Shown: piece by piece, positions 1 to 8,816 of the stretch
Numbering within the stretch: position 1 is the first letter of the stretch
How the letters are laid out: every line of letters begins with the position of its first letter
Assembly (NCBI RefSeq): GCF_019464535.1
Contig: NZ_CP080507.1
Span: forward strand, 1,410,001 to 1,442,000
Origin: Horticoccus luteus
GTDB lineage: Bacteria; Verrucomicrobiota; Verrucomicrobiia; Opitutales; Opitutaceae
Length of the DNA: 32,000 bases
Direction of reading: 5' to 3'
Translations under genes and position numbers: made by a program
Notes under the pieces: model-generated
What the model was told of the DNA's origin: nothing
The model's database searches: none
The model's input: only the letters and a program-made list of their open reading frames with translations

Positions 1-438
1 ACCGAGGCGTATTTTGGCGAGAGCGATCTGGCGTGTCACGCCCGGGCGGGGCGCACGCGCAGAACCGAGGTGCTCTATGCGCGCGGCGGGATTTGGTATG
101 TGTATCTATGCTACGGCATCCACGAGATGTTGAACCTGGTGACGGGGCCGGAAGACGAGCCGGCGGCGGTGTTGATTCGCGGCGTGGAAGGCATCGTGGG
201 GCCGGGGCGGGTGACCAGACAACTGGCGATCGGCCGGACGCTCAACGGGGCGCGCGTGGAGCCGGAGTCGGGATTGTGGATCGAGGATCGCGGGGTGGTG
301 CTGGCGGAGGCGGATGTGATCGTCACGCCGCGGATCGGGGTGGATTACGCCGGGGCGGAGTGGGCGGGGAAACCGTGGCGGTTTGTGGTGCGAAAAAAAA
401 TGCGGCGGGGCGAACGTCGCGCGTCAGAGGAGCTTTGA
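1..438 (+). CDS. mpg: DNA-3-methyladenine glycosylase (Mpg/AAG family), 5'-truncated by the window edge
   Basis: Frame 1 is open from nt 1. It translates as TEAYFGESDLACHARAGRTRRTEVLYARGGIWYVYLCYGIHEMLNLV...VIVTPRIGVDYAGAEWAGKPWRF, which matches the conserved core I know from Mpg/AAG glycosylases. The track ORF 70..438 is only the GTG-initiated tail. Confidence 0.85.
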   Translation, partial: TEAYFGESDLACHARAGRTRRTEVLYARGGIWYVYLCYGIHEMLNLVTGPEDEPAAVLIRGVEGIVGPGRVTRQLAIGRTLNGARVEPESGLWIEDRGVVLAEADVIVTPRIGVDYAGAEWAGKPWRFVVRKKMRRGERRASEEL

Positions 439-1341
439 AGGACGGAGAGACGGCGGGGCGAGCGGCGCGCGGATGAGGCGCGGGCGCGCGGCGGCGAGGA
501 CGTCGTCGACAGTGATGGTGCTGAGGTCGGAGCCGCGGCGGAGAGCGTGGACGTGTTCGCCGGGCGGCGACCAGACGGCGGGATCGGTGGGACCGAACAG
601 CAGGACGCAGGGCACGCCGCAGGCGGCGGCGAGATGGCTGATGCCGGAATCGTGGCCGAGGAAGAGGCGGCACTCGCGCAGGGCGGCCACGAGTTGAGGC
701 AGCGGCAACGCGTGGGCGTGGCGGCCGAAGTTCGCGAGCGCGCCGGGGTCGGGCTCGGCGTCGCCGGTGACGATGAGGAATTCGGTGGGCGCGATTTCGC
801 GCAGGCGCAGGCAGAGTGCGTGCCAGCGGTCGAGGGGCCAGTTTTTGCGCGGCGAGCCGCTGCCGGGATGGACCGCGACGAGACGCGCGTCAGGCGACGG
901 GGAGCCGAGGGGGAAGCGAAAGGAATCCGCGGTGAGACCGAGAGGATGCAGCGCGGCGCAATAGTGCGCGGCGGCGGGAGCAACGGCCGGATGGGAGGGC
1001 GCGGTAAGGAAGCGTTGCGCGGGGTGGCGCGGAAAATGGCGGGCGAGTTCGCCGTCGGGATCGGGCCAGAAGTTGAGGACCAGATCGAACGCGGCGAGTT
1101 CGTCGGCGAAGGCGGAGGGCAACGGCGGGGAGGCGTAGAGCGCGGACCAGCGCGCTTCGGATTGTGAACACACGCGGTCGATCACGCCGGCGGTTTGACC
1201 CAGCGCAGCGGCGCGGGCGTTACCGACCAGCGTGATAGGGGCGGCGGGCCAGACGCGGCGGAGCAACTGCAGCGCCGGGAGGGTGACGATGAAATCGCCG
1301 AGCGCGCCGCCTCTAAGGACGAGAATCCGCGTCGGCGGCAT
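424..1341 (-). CDS. Glycosyltransferase family 9 (heptosyltransferase-like)
   Basis: An internal ATG at 1341 (cat at 1339-1341 on the + strand) gives MPPTRILVLRGGALGDFIVTLPAL... It also carries HPGSGSPRKNWP and FLGHDSGISHLAAACGVPCVLLFGPTDP, typical GT9 motifs. The 107 upstream codons of track ORF 424..1662 are Ser/Pro/Arg-rich run-on overlapping the DUF3108 gene. Confidence 0.8.
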   Translation of the reverse strand: MPPTRILVLRGGALGDFIVTLPALQLLRRVWPAAPITLVGNARAAALGQTAGVIDRVCSQSEARWSALYASPPLPSAFADELAAFDLVLNFWPDPDGELARHFPRHPAQRFLTAPSHPAVAPAAAHYCAALHPLGLTADSFRFPLGSPSPDARLVAVHPGSGSPRKNWPLDRWHALCLRLREIAPTEFLIVTGDAEPDPGALANFGRHAHALPLPQLVAALRECRLFLGHDSGISHLAAACGVPCVLLFGPTDPAVWSPPGEHVHALRRGSDLSTITVDDVLAAARPRLIRAPLAPPSLRPSKLL

Positions 1342-2155
1342 CGGAAGCCGGGGCGGGTTGGGCGGCAGGGGCAGCGGTCGCGCCGGTGGGTGGGGTGTAA
1401 CTGACGAGCGTGGCCGTGCCGGTGCCGACCTTGAACTCAACCTCGAAGCGCACGGGCAGGTGGCGTTCATCCTGCGAAATCCAGACGCGCACGGAGGAGC
1501 CGCGTTTGAACATGCCTTTGGGCGGCGTCTTTTCCATGCGCGGCACGAGCACGAGCGTGCGGAAATCACCGAGGGGGGTGGAGATGTTTTCGTAGCGCTC
1601 GGCGTGGATTGTGAGTTCGTAAAACTCGTCATCGAAGAGGACGAGGGCGTCGCGTTGTTCACCGGGTTGCAGATTCCACGCGCGCGTGCTGATGAGTTGC
1701 GTGATGAGATCGACGGGCTGGCCTGCGGGCATCGAGAGCTCGCGGGATTCGCTCGTCCAGCTTCCGGGCGCGTAGAGGGCGGTGCGTTTGTCGTAATCGA
1801 AGGTGACGAAGTGCTCGCTCACTTTTTTCTTCACGAGGCTGACTTCGTGGAGGAGCACGCAGCGGCCGGTTTGCTCGTCGAAATAGGATTCGCCAGTGGC
1901 CTCGAATTTCATGAAGACGTGGGCGAGGCCGCGGGTGCGGGTGGTGGTGGTGACTTTGAGGCGTTTCACGCCGTCGAGTGCTTCGTTCGTCACGCCGATG
2001 TTGATTTCGCCGGCGCCGGGGAGGACGGCCCAGGCGACTTTGTAATGAAACGTTTCGCCGGGATGCAGGGCCTGCAGCAGAGTGGGAGCCTCGGTGGCAG
2101 ACGCGCGGACCGCGCAGACGGCGAGGACGAGAAGGAGGGAAACGGCGCGGATCAT
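1313..2155 (-). CDS. DUF3108 domain-containing secreted protein
   Basis: ATG at 2155. N-terminal signal peptide MIRAVSLLLVLAVCAVRASA, then LHPGETFHYKVAWAVLPGAGEINIGV..., which resembles the start of DUF3108 family proteins. Its start overlaps the pdeM stop (ATGA at 2152-2155). Confidence 0.7.
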   Translation of the reverse strand: MIRAVSLLLVLAVCAVRASATEAPTLLQALHPGETFHYKVAWAVLPGAGEINIGVTNEALDGVKRLKVTTTTRTRGLAHVFMKFEATGESYFDEQTGRCVLLHEVSLVKKKVSEHFVTFDYDKRTALYAPGSWTSESRELSMPAGQPVDLITQLISTRAWNLQPGEQRDALVLFDDEFYELTIHAERYENISTPLGDFRTLVLVPRMEKTPPKGMFKRGSSVRVWISQDERHLPVRFEVEFKVGTGTATLVSYTPPTGATAAPAAQPAPASDAADADSRP

Positions 2156-2832
2156 GACGAGACGGAGGATTTATTCAATTGAGTGGGCGTCACGGGGAAA
2201 ATGCGTTTTGGGGAGACAGCCCAAAGTATGTCCCCGGGGGAGAGGCGGTCGTTCCATGGCGTGCCGGCGGCCCAAGGAGAGAAGGCGGGCAATATGAGAC
2301 GGGAGGGCGAAGCGATGAGCGCGGGGAGTTTGAGACGCGTGCCGGTATAATCGCGCCACAGGAGCGCGGGATGATGGTGGCCGATGATCTCGATCGTGCC
2401 CGCGGTGAGCGGAGGAACGGGGCGATCGCCGTGGTGAAAAAAGAGACCAGCGCGCACGAGGGTGGCGTCGGCAGCTCGCGGCCATTTCACGTCGTGGTTG
2501 CCGGAAAGGATGGTGATCGGCGTGGACGTGGTGCGCAGAAAATCCTCCGCGGCGGCGCGGCCGGGAAGGGCGTGCAGCGAGTCGCCGAGCCAGAGCATTT
2601 CGGCGGGTGCGTAGTCGGCGACGAGGTGATTCAGGCGCGCGGCGATTTCGTCGTCGCCCCACAATGGCAGAAGGTTGCCCGTGGCGCGGTGGGCGGCGGC
2701 GTAACCCCAGTGCAGGTCGGCGACGACGAGCAGACGCTGCGCGGCGAACCAGAGCGCGCGGCGGGCGTCGAGCCAGAGGCCGGGAAGAATTTCGAGGCGG
2801 GGAACGGACAAAGAGGAAGGCTCCAATTTCAA
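2152..2832 (-). CDS. pdeM: Ligase-associated DNA damage response endonuclease PdeM (MPE binuclear metallophosphoesterase)
   Basis: VVADLHWGY, WLGDSLH, SGNHD and GHHHP are calcineurin-like metallophosphoesterase motifs. The gene sits directly downstream of the ligase-associated helicase. The start is TTG at 2832, so it is uncertain by a few codons. Confidence 0.85.
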   Translation of the reverse strand: MKLEPSSLSVPRLEILPGLWLDARRALWFAAQRLLVVADLHWGYAAAHRATGNLLPLWGDDEIAARLNHLVADYAPAEMLWLGDSLHALPGRAAAEDFLRTTSTPITILSGNHDVKWPRAADATLVRAGLFFHHGDRPVPPLTAGTIEIIGHHHPALLWRDYTGTRLKLPALIASPSRLILPAFSPWAAGTPWNDRLSPGDILWAVSPKRIFPVTPTQLNKSSVSS

Positions 2833-2856
2833 AGAACCAAGCGTGGGTGAGAATTT

Positions 2857-5538
2857 TTAAACGGCTGGAAGCGGCGGGCGCAGGAAGTTGGGCGGAGGTT
2901 GATTTTTCTCCGCCGCAGTGGCGACGGGCGGGCGGCCGGGCGGTTGGCCATACATTTCGTGGTAGAGGCGTTCGATGGTGGTTTCGGGATCTTCGAGCGT
3001 CATCGTTTCTTTGATTTTGCTGACGTAGATGCCGAAGGAAAAGGGGCTCACACGATCGAGCTCGCGCAAGTCCCACGGCAGGCTGGCGAGGTGATCGAGA
3101 AACGCCAGCGCGCGTGGCAGATCGAGGAAACGCAAGGTGGCCTCGGCGTAGGCTTCGCGGAGCAGCGGATGGTCGGGTTCGTGGCGGCGGAGGACGTCGA
3201 AGATGATTTCCGAGCTCCACTGCAACGCGCGGCGGCCGCGTTCGGCGCCACGCACACGGCGGGGCACCATGAGGCCGGTTTGGGCGGCGCCGCGAAACTG
3301 CCATTTGACGAGGTTGGCTTGTCCGAGGGCGGAGCGCAGGGCGTCTTCGGCGCCGTCGCGGCGGAAGAGCTGGCGCAATTCACAGGCGTCGGCGAAACGT
3401 TGAAACGCCTGGAGCGAGAGGAGGAAGCCGTAGTCGTCGATGGTGACGAGCGCGTTGCCCCCGCGGGTTTCCTGCACGCGTTGTGCAACGATGCGCGAGA
3501 GGGCGTCGTTGGCGGAGCGCCCGATGAGGGAATGGAAAAAATAGTGGAGCAGGCCGCGGTCGCGGTAGACCTCGACGAGAAAGAGGTCGGCGGTGGGGAT
3601 GACGGAAATATCGGCCTGCAGGGAGAAATGCGCGAGGAGCGCGGCGGCGTTGGCGGTGGAGAGATGGTATTCGGATTGCAGCCACGCGGCGGCGGCGTCC
3701 GGGACCGGTGACGCGAGGCGGCGGGCGACCTCGGTGCGGAGGCGGGTGACCTCGGCGGCGAGGCCGGACGCGAGCGGCATTTTGTTCGCATACCAGCGCG
3801 GCACGGTGGGCAGCGCGCTGTCGGCAGCGGCGACCTTGGCGGTGAGGAGCCGCATTTCGACGAGGCGGATGGTGCGGCCGTTGAGGACGAAGACATCACC
3901 GGGGCGCAGGCCCTTCATGAACGATTCCTCGACCGAACCGAGCGTGCGGCGGCCGAGCTGCACCTGCACCATTTGTTCGGAGACGATGGTGCCGATATTT
4001 TGATAAAAATCACGGGCGGTATGGCGGTGAGCGGGGGCGAGCACGCCGCTGGCGTCGACGCGGATTTTGCCGAAGACATCGCGGTAGTTGCGCTCGAGGG
4101 AGGCGCCGCCGCCTTCGAGATAGCGGACCACGCGGTCGAACTCAGGGCGGGGCAGGGCGCGAAACGGGTAGCTGCGGCGGACGAGGGCGAAGGCTTCGTC
4201 GGGCGTGACGCTCTCGAAAACGGCGAGACCGACGAGGGTTTGAGCGAGCACGTCGAGCGGGTCGTCGTGGATTTTGACGGGCTCGAGTTCGTGGCGCTCC
4301 ATCATGCGCGCGGTGACGGCGCACTCGGCGAGATCGTTGATGTTGCTCGCGACGAGAATGCCGTGGCTCGTGCGGCCCATCGAGTGGCCGGAACGGCCGA
4401 TGCGCTGCAGGGCGCGGGAGACGCCTTTCGGTGCGGAAACCATGACGACGAGATCGATCGAGCCGATGTCGATACCCATCTCCAGCGAGGTGGAGCAGAC
4501 GACGGCGCGAAGTTCGCCGCGTTTGAGGCGGTCTTCCACCTCGAGGCGGACGGCGCGGTCGAGCGAGGCGTGGTGGACTTCGATGAGGTCGGAGAACTCG
4601 GGGAGGAGTTGTTTGAGGCGGAGTCCGATGGTTTCGGCGCCGCTACGGGTGTTGGTGAAGATGAGCGTGGTTTCTTTTTTGAGAAGGAGGGCGCCGAGCT
4701 CTTTCAAAACGCGCGTGGCGGTGTAGCCGGCGGGCGGGTAGGCTTGTGCGCGCAGCGGAGAAAACACCTCGATGCGGGCCGGCCGGCTTTGGGTGATTTC
4801 GGCGATGCCACAGGGGCGGTGAGGGCCGACGAGGAATTCGGCGACGGTGTCGAGCGGCGCGACGGTGGCGGAGAGCCCGATGCGGACGAGGTGAGCGGGA
4901 GGCGCGGAAATCGGCGAGGGGCGATCGGCAGTGGCGGACGGAGGAGCGGAGACGATTTCTTCGAGTCGCTCGGCAGCGACCATGAGGAGTGAGCCGCGCT
5001 TATTTTCGGCGAGGGCGTGGAGTTCGTCGACGAGGAGAAAGCGCGCGGAGCGCAGGGCGGGAATCCAGGCGGGCTGACTGAGGAGCAGCGTGAGACTCTC
5101 GGGCGTCGTGACGAGGATGTGGGGCGGTGTGCGGCGTTGTTGCGCACGTTGGGCGGGCGTGGTGTCGCCCGTGCGCGCGGCGACGCGCAGCCAGGGCCAG
5201 CCCAATTCGTCGAGCGGCTGCCGGAGGTTTTTCTGGATGTCGTAAGCGAGGGCGCGGAGGGGGGAAACGTAGACGGCGACGATGCCGTCGGGCAGTTGGC
5301 CGGCGTCGTGAGATCGGGCGAGGTGATCGAAGACGGAGAGGAAAGCGGCGAGGGTTTTGCCACTGCCGGTGGGCGACGTGAGGAGGAGCGAATTTCCGGC
5401 GAGAATTTCCGGCACGGCGTGGCGTTGCGCGGAAGAGAAATGCGTGAAGCGGCGGCGGAACCACGCGGCGAGTTGAGGATGAAGCGCGGCGAAGAGTTGC
5501 GCTTCAGTGAGGGCGGGCGCGGCGACGCGGGAGAACAT
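2857..5538 (-). CDS. Ligase-associated DNA damage response DEXH-box helicase (Lhr-Core-like)
   Basis: A verified ATG at 5538 gives MFSRVAAPALTEAQL... Motif I is SPTGSGKT and motif II is LLVDELHAL, followed by a helicase C domain (VCSTSLEMGIDIG, RIGRSGH) and a long Lhr-type C-terminal region. The 487 upstream codons of track ORF 2857..6999 are low-complexity run-on over the neighbouring gene. Confidence 0.9.
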   Translation of the reverse strand: MFSRVAAPALTEAQLFAALHPQLAAWFRRRFTHFSSAQRHAVPEILAGNSLLLTSPTGSGKTLAAFLSVFDHLARSHDAGQLPDGIVAVYVSPLRALAYDIQKNLRQPLDELGWPWLRVAARTGDTTPAQRAQQRRTPPHILVTTPESLTLLLSQPAWIPALRSARFLLVDELHALAENKRGSLLMVAAERLEEIVSAPPSATADRPSPISAPPAHLVRIGLSATVAPLDTVAEFLVGPHRPCGIAEITQSRPARIEVFSPLRAQAYPPAGYTATRVLKELGALLLKKETTLIFTNTRSGAETIGLRLKQLLPEFSDLIEVHHASLDRAVRLEVEDRLKRGELRAVVCSTSLEMGIDIGSIDLVVMVSAPKGVSRALQRIGRSGHSMGRTSHGILVASNINDLAECAVTARMMERHELEPVKIHDDPLDVLAQTLVGLAVFESVTPDEAFALVRRSYPFRALPRPEFDRVVRYLEGGGASLERNYRDVFGKIRVDASGVLAPAHRHTARDFYQNIGTIVSEQMVQVQLGRRTLGSVEESFMKGLRPGDVFVLNGRTIRLVEMRLLTAKVAAADSALPTVPRWYANKMPLASGLAAEVTRLRTEVARRLASPVPDAAAAWLQSEYHLSTANAAALLAHFSLQADISVIPTADLFLVEVYRDRGLLHYFFHSLIGRSANDALSRIVAQRVQETRGGNALVTIDDYGFLLSLQAFQRFADACELRQLFRRDGAEDALRSALGQANLVKWQFRGAAQTGLMVPRRVRGAERGRRALQWSSEIIFDVLRRHEPDHPLLREAYAEATLRFLDLPRALAFLDHLASLPWDLRELDRVSPFSFGIYVSKIKETMTLEDPETTIERLYHEMYGQPPGRPPVATAAEKNQPPPNFLRPPLPAV

Positions 5539-5551
5539 GCGACGGGTGCGG

Positions 5552-8419
5552 TTAAGATGGCGGCGGGGCGACTGGATCGGCGGCGCGGGCGGGATCGAAG
5601 AGGGCGGCGGTGGCGAGGCGGCGGCAGGTGGCGAGGGTGTCGATCTCGGCGGGCGTTTTGTCGGAGCGAATGCGGGCGATGCGGGGGAAGCGGAGGGCGA
5701 AACCGCTTTCGTGGCGCGAGCTGCGTTGAATGGTGTCGAAGGCGATTTCGAGCACGGTGTCGGGCACGACGGTGCGATAACGGCCGAGCACTTCGAGGGT
5801 GTGCGCGAGGAAGTGTTGAGTGAGCGCGGCGATCTCGACGTCGGTGAGGCCGGAGTAGGCTTTGCCAATCGTGAGGAGCTGGTTGTCGTGCTCCTCGTCG
5901 CGGATCGCGAAGGTGTAATCGCTGAGCACATCGCGGCGTTTGCCGTGACCGTATTCGACGCCAACGACGACGACATCGAGCGTGGCGTAGGCTTTTTTGA
6001 GTTTGAGCCAGGTGAGCCCGCGGCGACCGGGCGTGTAGGGGCTGGCGGGATCCTTGGCGATGAGGCCTTCGTTGCCGCGCTGACGGGCCGCGAGAAAGGC
6101 GGCCTCGATGTCAAGGGCGGTGGCGGCGAATTGCACGGGCGCGAGGAGGAGTGACGGATGGGCGGAAGACGACGCGGCGGACAGGACGTGAGCGAGATGT
6201 TCGCGGCGGACGGTGAGCGGCTCTTTGAGAAGCGCGCGGCCGTCGAGCCAGAGGAGGTCGTAGAACGAAATGGAAACAGGAATTTCGGCGCCGAGGAAGA
6301 AGTCGTCGCCTTTGCGGCCGAGGCGTTTTTGCAATTCGGCGAACGGCAGGGCGCGGCCGTCGCGCCACGCGAGGAGTTCGCCATCGCCGATGAAATCGTG
6401 GGGCAGGCGGGCGGCGGCGGCGGCGAGCTCGGGGAACTGGCCGGTGATGCGCTTGAGATCGCGCGAGTAGAGTTCGACGCGTTCGCCCTGTTTGTGGAGC
6501 TGACAGCGGATGCCGTCGTATTTTTCCTCGAGCCAGACGGAGACGGGCGAGAGCGCGGGGTCGGAGGAGGTGGCGGGGCGGGCGGGCGGTGGCGCGGAAG
6601 GCGCGTCGGGGACAACGCGCTGCCCCTTTTCGGCGCGTTCGACGAAGCGAGCGAGGACGGCCTCGGCGGTGGGCTCGGGGCTGGCGAGCATGAACTGGAG
6701 CGGATGAAAGACGCGGAGTTGAATCGACGCGAGGGCGTGAGCGCGCGCGGCGTGCGTGACCTCGGCGATGTCGCCGGAGAGCATGTTGGCTTCGCGCACG
6801 GCGTCGACTGATTCAGCGGCGGAGGCGGCGATGGCTTCCTCGACGAGGCCCTCCTTGAGGCCGATGCGCAGATCGCCGGTGATGATTTTGACGACGTATT
6901 TTGACTCGGAGGGAGACAGGCCGCGGAGAAATTCGCGCAAGAGATCGAGTTTGGCGGCGGGGCCGCGGGCGGCGGCGAGCGCGGCGAAAAACTCTGCAAG
7001 TTGCGCGAGGGCGACGCCGCGCGGCTGCACGTGGCCGGCGAGGATGGCGGCGGCGGCTTCGCCGGTGTCGGCGAAGCGGTGATACGCGGCGCGGTAGTCG
7101 GCTTCGGTCGTGCCGCTCAATTCGAGAATGGTGCGTTTGAGCACGGACCAGCCGAGCGTGAGGACGCGTTCGTCGGCCTGCGGAAAAGGGCGGGCGCAGA
7201 AAAACACGGCGGCGTGCGCGGCGTCGGTCGGCGCGAGCAGCGCGAGGTAGTCGCGGAGCAGGGAGATTTTATCGAGTTTGCCCGGAGCGGATTTGATGCG
7301 CTCGGCGGTGGCGGCGAAGTGCGCGAGGCGGTCGGGCGGAGCGGACTCGAGAGGCGGTGTGGGCGGTGCGGCGGCGGGTGACTCGGCAGGTGAGTCGGTC
7401 GAAGAAGCGAACGGAGGCGACGACGGGCGGCGGGACGCGAGGCCGAGCTCGAGTTGGTTGCTTTGGCCGATGGCCCAGGCTTCGACGCCGCGTTCGCGGA
7501 GGGTGCGGGCGAATTCCTGGGCGAAGCCGTGGAGCGTGAGCACGCGCTGCGGTTGCACGGCTTCGACGAAGCGCAGCAGATCGGCGTAGTCGGCGTGGTC
7601 GGAGAGCGGGAAAGCGGCATCGCATTGGTAGCGATAAACGGCGCCGGGATCGATCGCCCAGCCGGTGATCACGGCGGTGCGTGGAGCGGAGATTTTCTTG
7701 AGAAACGAAGAGCCGCGCGCCTGCGGCGGGCAGATGACGACGTGGCCGGCGACAGCGGAGGCGTCGAAGGGGCGAAAGGGCGGAAACGTGAGACCGAGTT
7801 CTTCGTAGATATGCGTGAGCGTGAGCGTTTGTGGGTGCAGCATCACCGGGAGTTGCGCGTCGGCGAGCGAGCTGAGGAGCTCCTGGCTTTTCCCGAGACT
7901 GTAGCCGAAGAGCACGGGCGTTTCGTGGTCGTCGAGGGTGTTGCGACAGAAGGCGGTGATGTCGGCGAGGACCTGCGCGGTGGGAGGGAAAACATACCGG
8001 GGGAGGCCGAACGTGGTCTCCATGATGAGGACATCGGCGCGCGGCGTGGCGCAGCGTTCGGCGGAACGGCCGGGGCGGAGTTTGAAGTCGCCGGTGTAGA
8101 GCAGGGAGCCGTGGCGCTCGTGCACGAGGAGGCTCTGGGCGGAGCCGAAAATGTGGCCGGCGGGATGGAGGGTGACGGTGGTGGCGGGCGTGAGCGGCTC
8201 GGTCTGACCGAACGGGAGAATGTGTTCGATGCGTTCGCCGGGCAGGCGGTTGCGCATGAGGCGGGCGGTGACGGCGGAGCAGAGGATCTCGCGGTGCAGC
8301 GCAAGGTGATCGAAATGGGCGTGGGAAACGAAGGAGCGCGGCGCGGGAAAATGCGCGTCGAGCCACCAGTCGATTTGGGGCAGCCAGACGCCGCCGCGAA
8401 ATTGAACATCCCAAGCCAT
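5552..8419 (-). CDS. Fusion protein: ligase-associated MBL-fold/beta-CASP exonuclease (aa ~1-327) joined to an ATP-dependent DNA ligase (aa ~364-955)
   Basis: Verified ATG at 8419 (MAWDVQFRGG...). The N-terminal domain has the metallo-beta-lactamase motif VSHAHFDH, then PLSDHADY. A Pro/Ser/Ala linker (ASRRPSSPPFASSTDSPAESPAAAPPTPPLESAPP) follows. The ligase part has adenylation motif I EEKYDGIRCQ, plus EGLIAKD and WLKLKK. There is no stop or frame change between the domains. Confidence 0.85.
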   Translation of the reverse strand: MAWDVQFRGGVWLPQIDWWLDAHFPAPRSFVSHAHFDHLALHREILCSAVTARLMRNRLPGERIEHILPFGQTEPLTPATTVTLHPAGHIFGSAQSLLVHERHGSLLYTGDFKLRPGRSAERCATPRADVLIMETTFGLPRYVFPPTAQVLADITAFCRNTLDDHETPVLFGYSLGKSQELLSSLADAQLPVMLHPQTLTLTHIYEELGLTFPPFRPFDASAVAGHVVICPPQARGSSFLKKISAPRTAVITGWAIDPGAVYRYQCDAAFPLSDHADYADLLRFVEAVQPQRVLTLHGFAQEFARTLRERGVEAWAIGQSNQLELGLASRRPSSPPFASSTDSPAESPAAAPPTPPLESAPPDRLAHFAATAERIKSAPGKLDKISLLRDYLALLAPTDAAHAAVFFCARPFPQADERVLTLGWSVLKRTILELSGTTEADYRAAYHRFADTGEAAAAILAGHVQPRGVALAQLAEFFAALAAARGPAAKLDLLREFLRGLSPSESKYVVKIITGDLRIGLKEGLVEEAIAASAAESVDAVREANMLSGDIAEVTHAARAHALASIQLRVFHPLQFMLASPEPTAEAVLARFVERAEKGQRVVPDAPSAPPPARPATSSDPALSPVSVWLEEKYDGIRCQLHKQGERVELYSRDLKRITGQFPELAAAAARLPHDFIGDGELLAWRDGRALPFAELQKRLGRKGDDFFLGAEIPVSISFYDLLWLDGRALLKEPLTVRREHLAHVLSAASSSAHPSLLLAPVQFAATALDIEAAFLAARQRGNEGLIAKDPASPYTPGRRGLTWLKLKKAYATLDVVVVGVEYGHGKRRDVLSDYTFAIRDEEHDNQLLTIGKAYSGLTDVEIAALTQHFLAHTLEVLGRYRTVVPDTVLEIAFDTIQRSSRHESGFALRFPRIARIRSDKTPAEIDTLATCRRLATAALFDPARAADPVAPPPS

Positions 8420-8537
8420 GCGAAGCTGACAGCACGGGACGGGATTCGGTCCGCGAGGCAAATCGCAGCGGAAGAGACGCGGGCGCCGAAGCAGCCTCGG
8501 TCGTGCGGGGAAGAGGCCGGCGCGGGTGCGCGGGGCG

Positions 8538-8816
8538 TTACAACAGCGAAAGGACGAACAGGCTCGCGACGAAGATGAAGGCGACGGCGAAGCACCACCA
8601 ATACCAGGCGATGCCGTTGATGTGCCGGCGAGGAACGCGAGGCCGGGGCGGCGCATCGTCGTCGGCGAAGGCGCTGTCGGGGAGTTCGAGGCCGTCGTAG
8701 ATGGACGTCTCGCGCCAGCCCGTGCGTTCGTCGGCGCCGCAGGCGGGGCAGGCGTGGGCGCGGGGTGGAATGGGCGCGCCGCATTGAGCGCACTCGGCGG
8801 GCGGAGGCGTTTTCAT
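8538..8816 (-). CDS. Small zinc-ribbon protein with a C-terminal transmembrane anchor (hypothetical, 92 aa)
   Basis: The ATG at 8816 overlaps the upstream transporter stop (ATGA, 8813-8816). The protein has CAQCGAPIPPRAHACPACG (CxxC-N10-CxxC), an acidic linker, then WYWWCFAVAFIFVASLFVLSLL. Codon usage resembles its neighbours. Confidence 0.55.
   Translation of the reverse strand: MKTPPPAECAQCGAPIPPRAHACPACGADERTGWRETSIYDGLELPDSAFADDDAPPRPRVPRRHINGIAWYWWCFAVAFIFVASLFVLSLL

Noticed and set aside
393-400. An A8 homopolymer in the 3' tail of mpg, which is unusual in a GC-rich genome. I considered it as a possible slippage or phase-variation site.
   Set aside because: It lies after the conserved glycosylase core (...GKPWRF). 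It encodes a Lys-rich tail (VRKKM), so a shift would change only a non-conserved C-terminal tail. There is no supporting evidence for variation.
2857-8656. Two apparently giant overlapping ORFs in the track: 2857..6999 (1380 aa) and 5552..8656 (1034 aa).
   Set aside because: The N-terminal extensions (487 and 79 codons) are Pro/Ser/Arg/Ala low-complexity run-on with no stop codons, as expected in GC-rich DNA, and they overlap the upstream gene. Recognisable homology begins at verified ATGs (5538 and 8419), which give non-overlapping genes.
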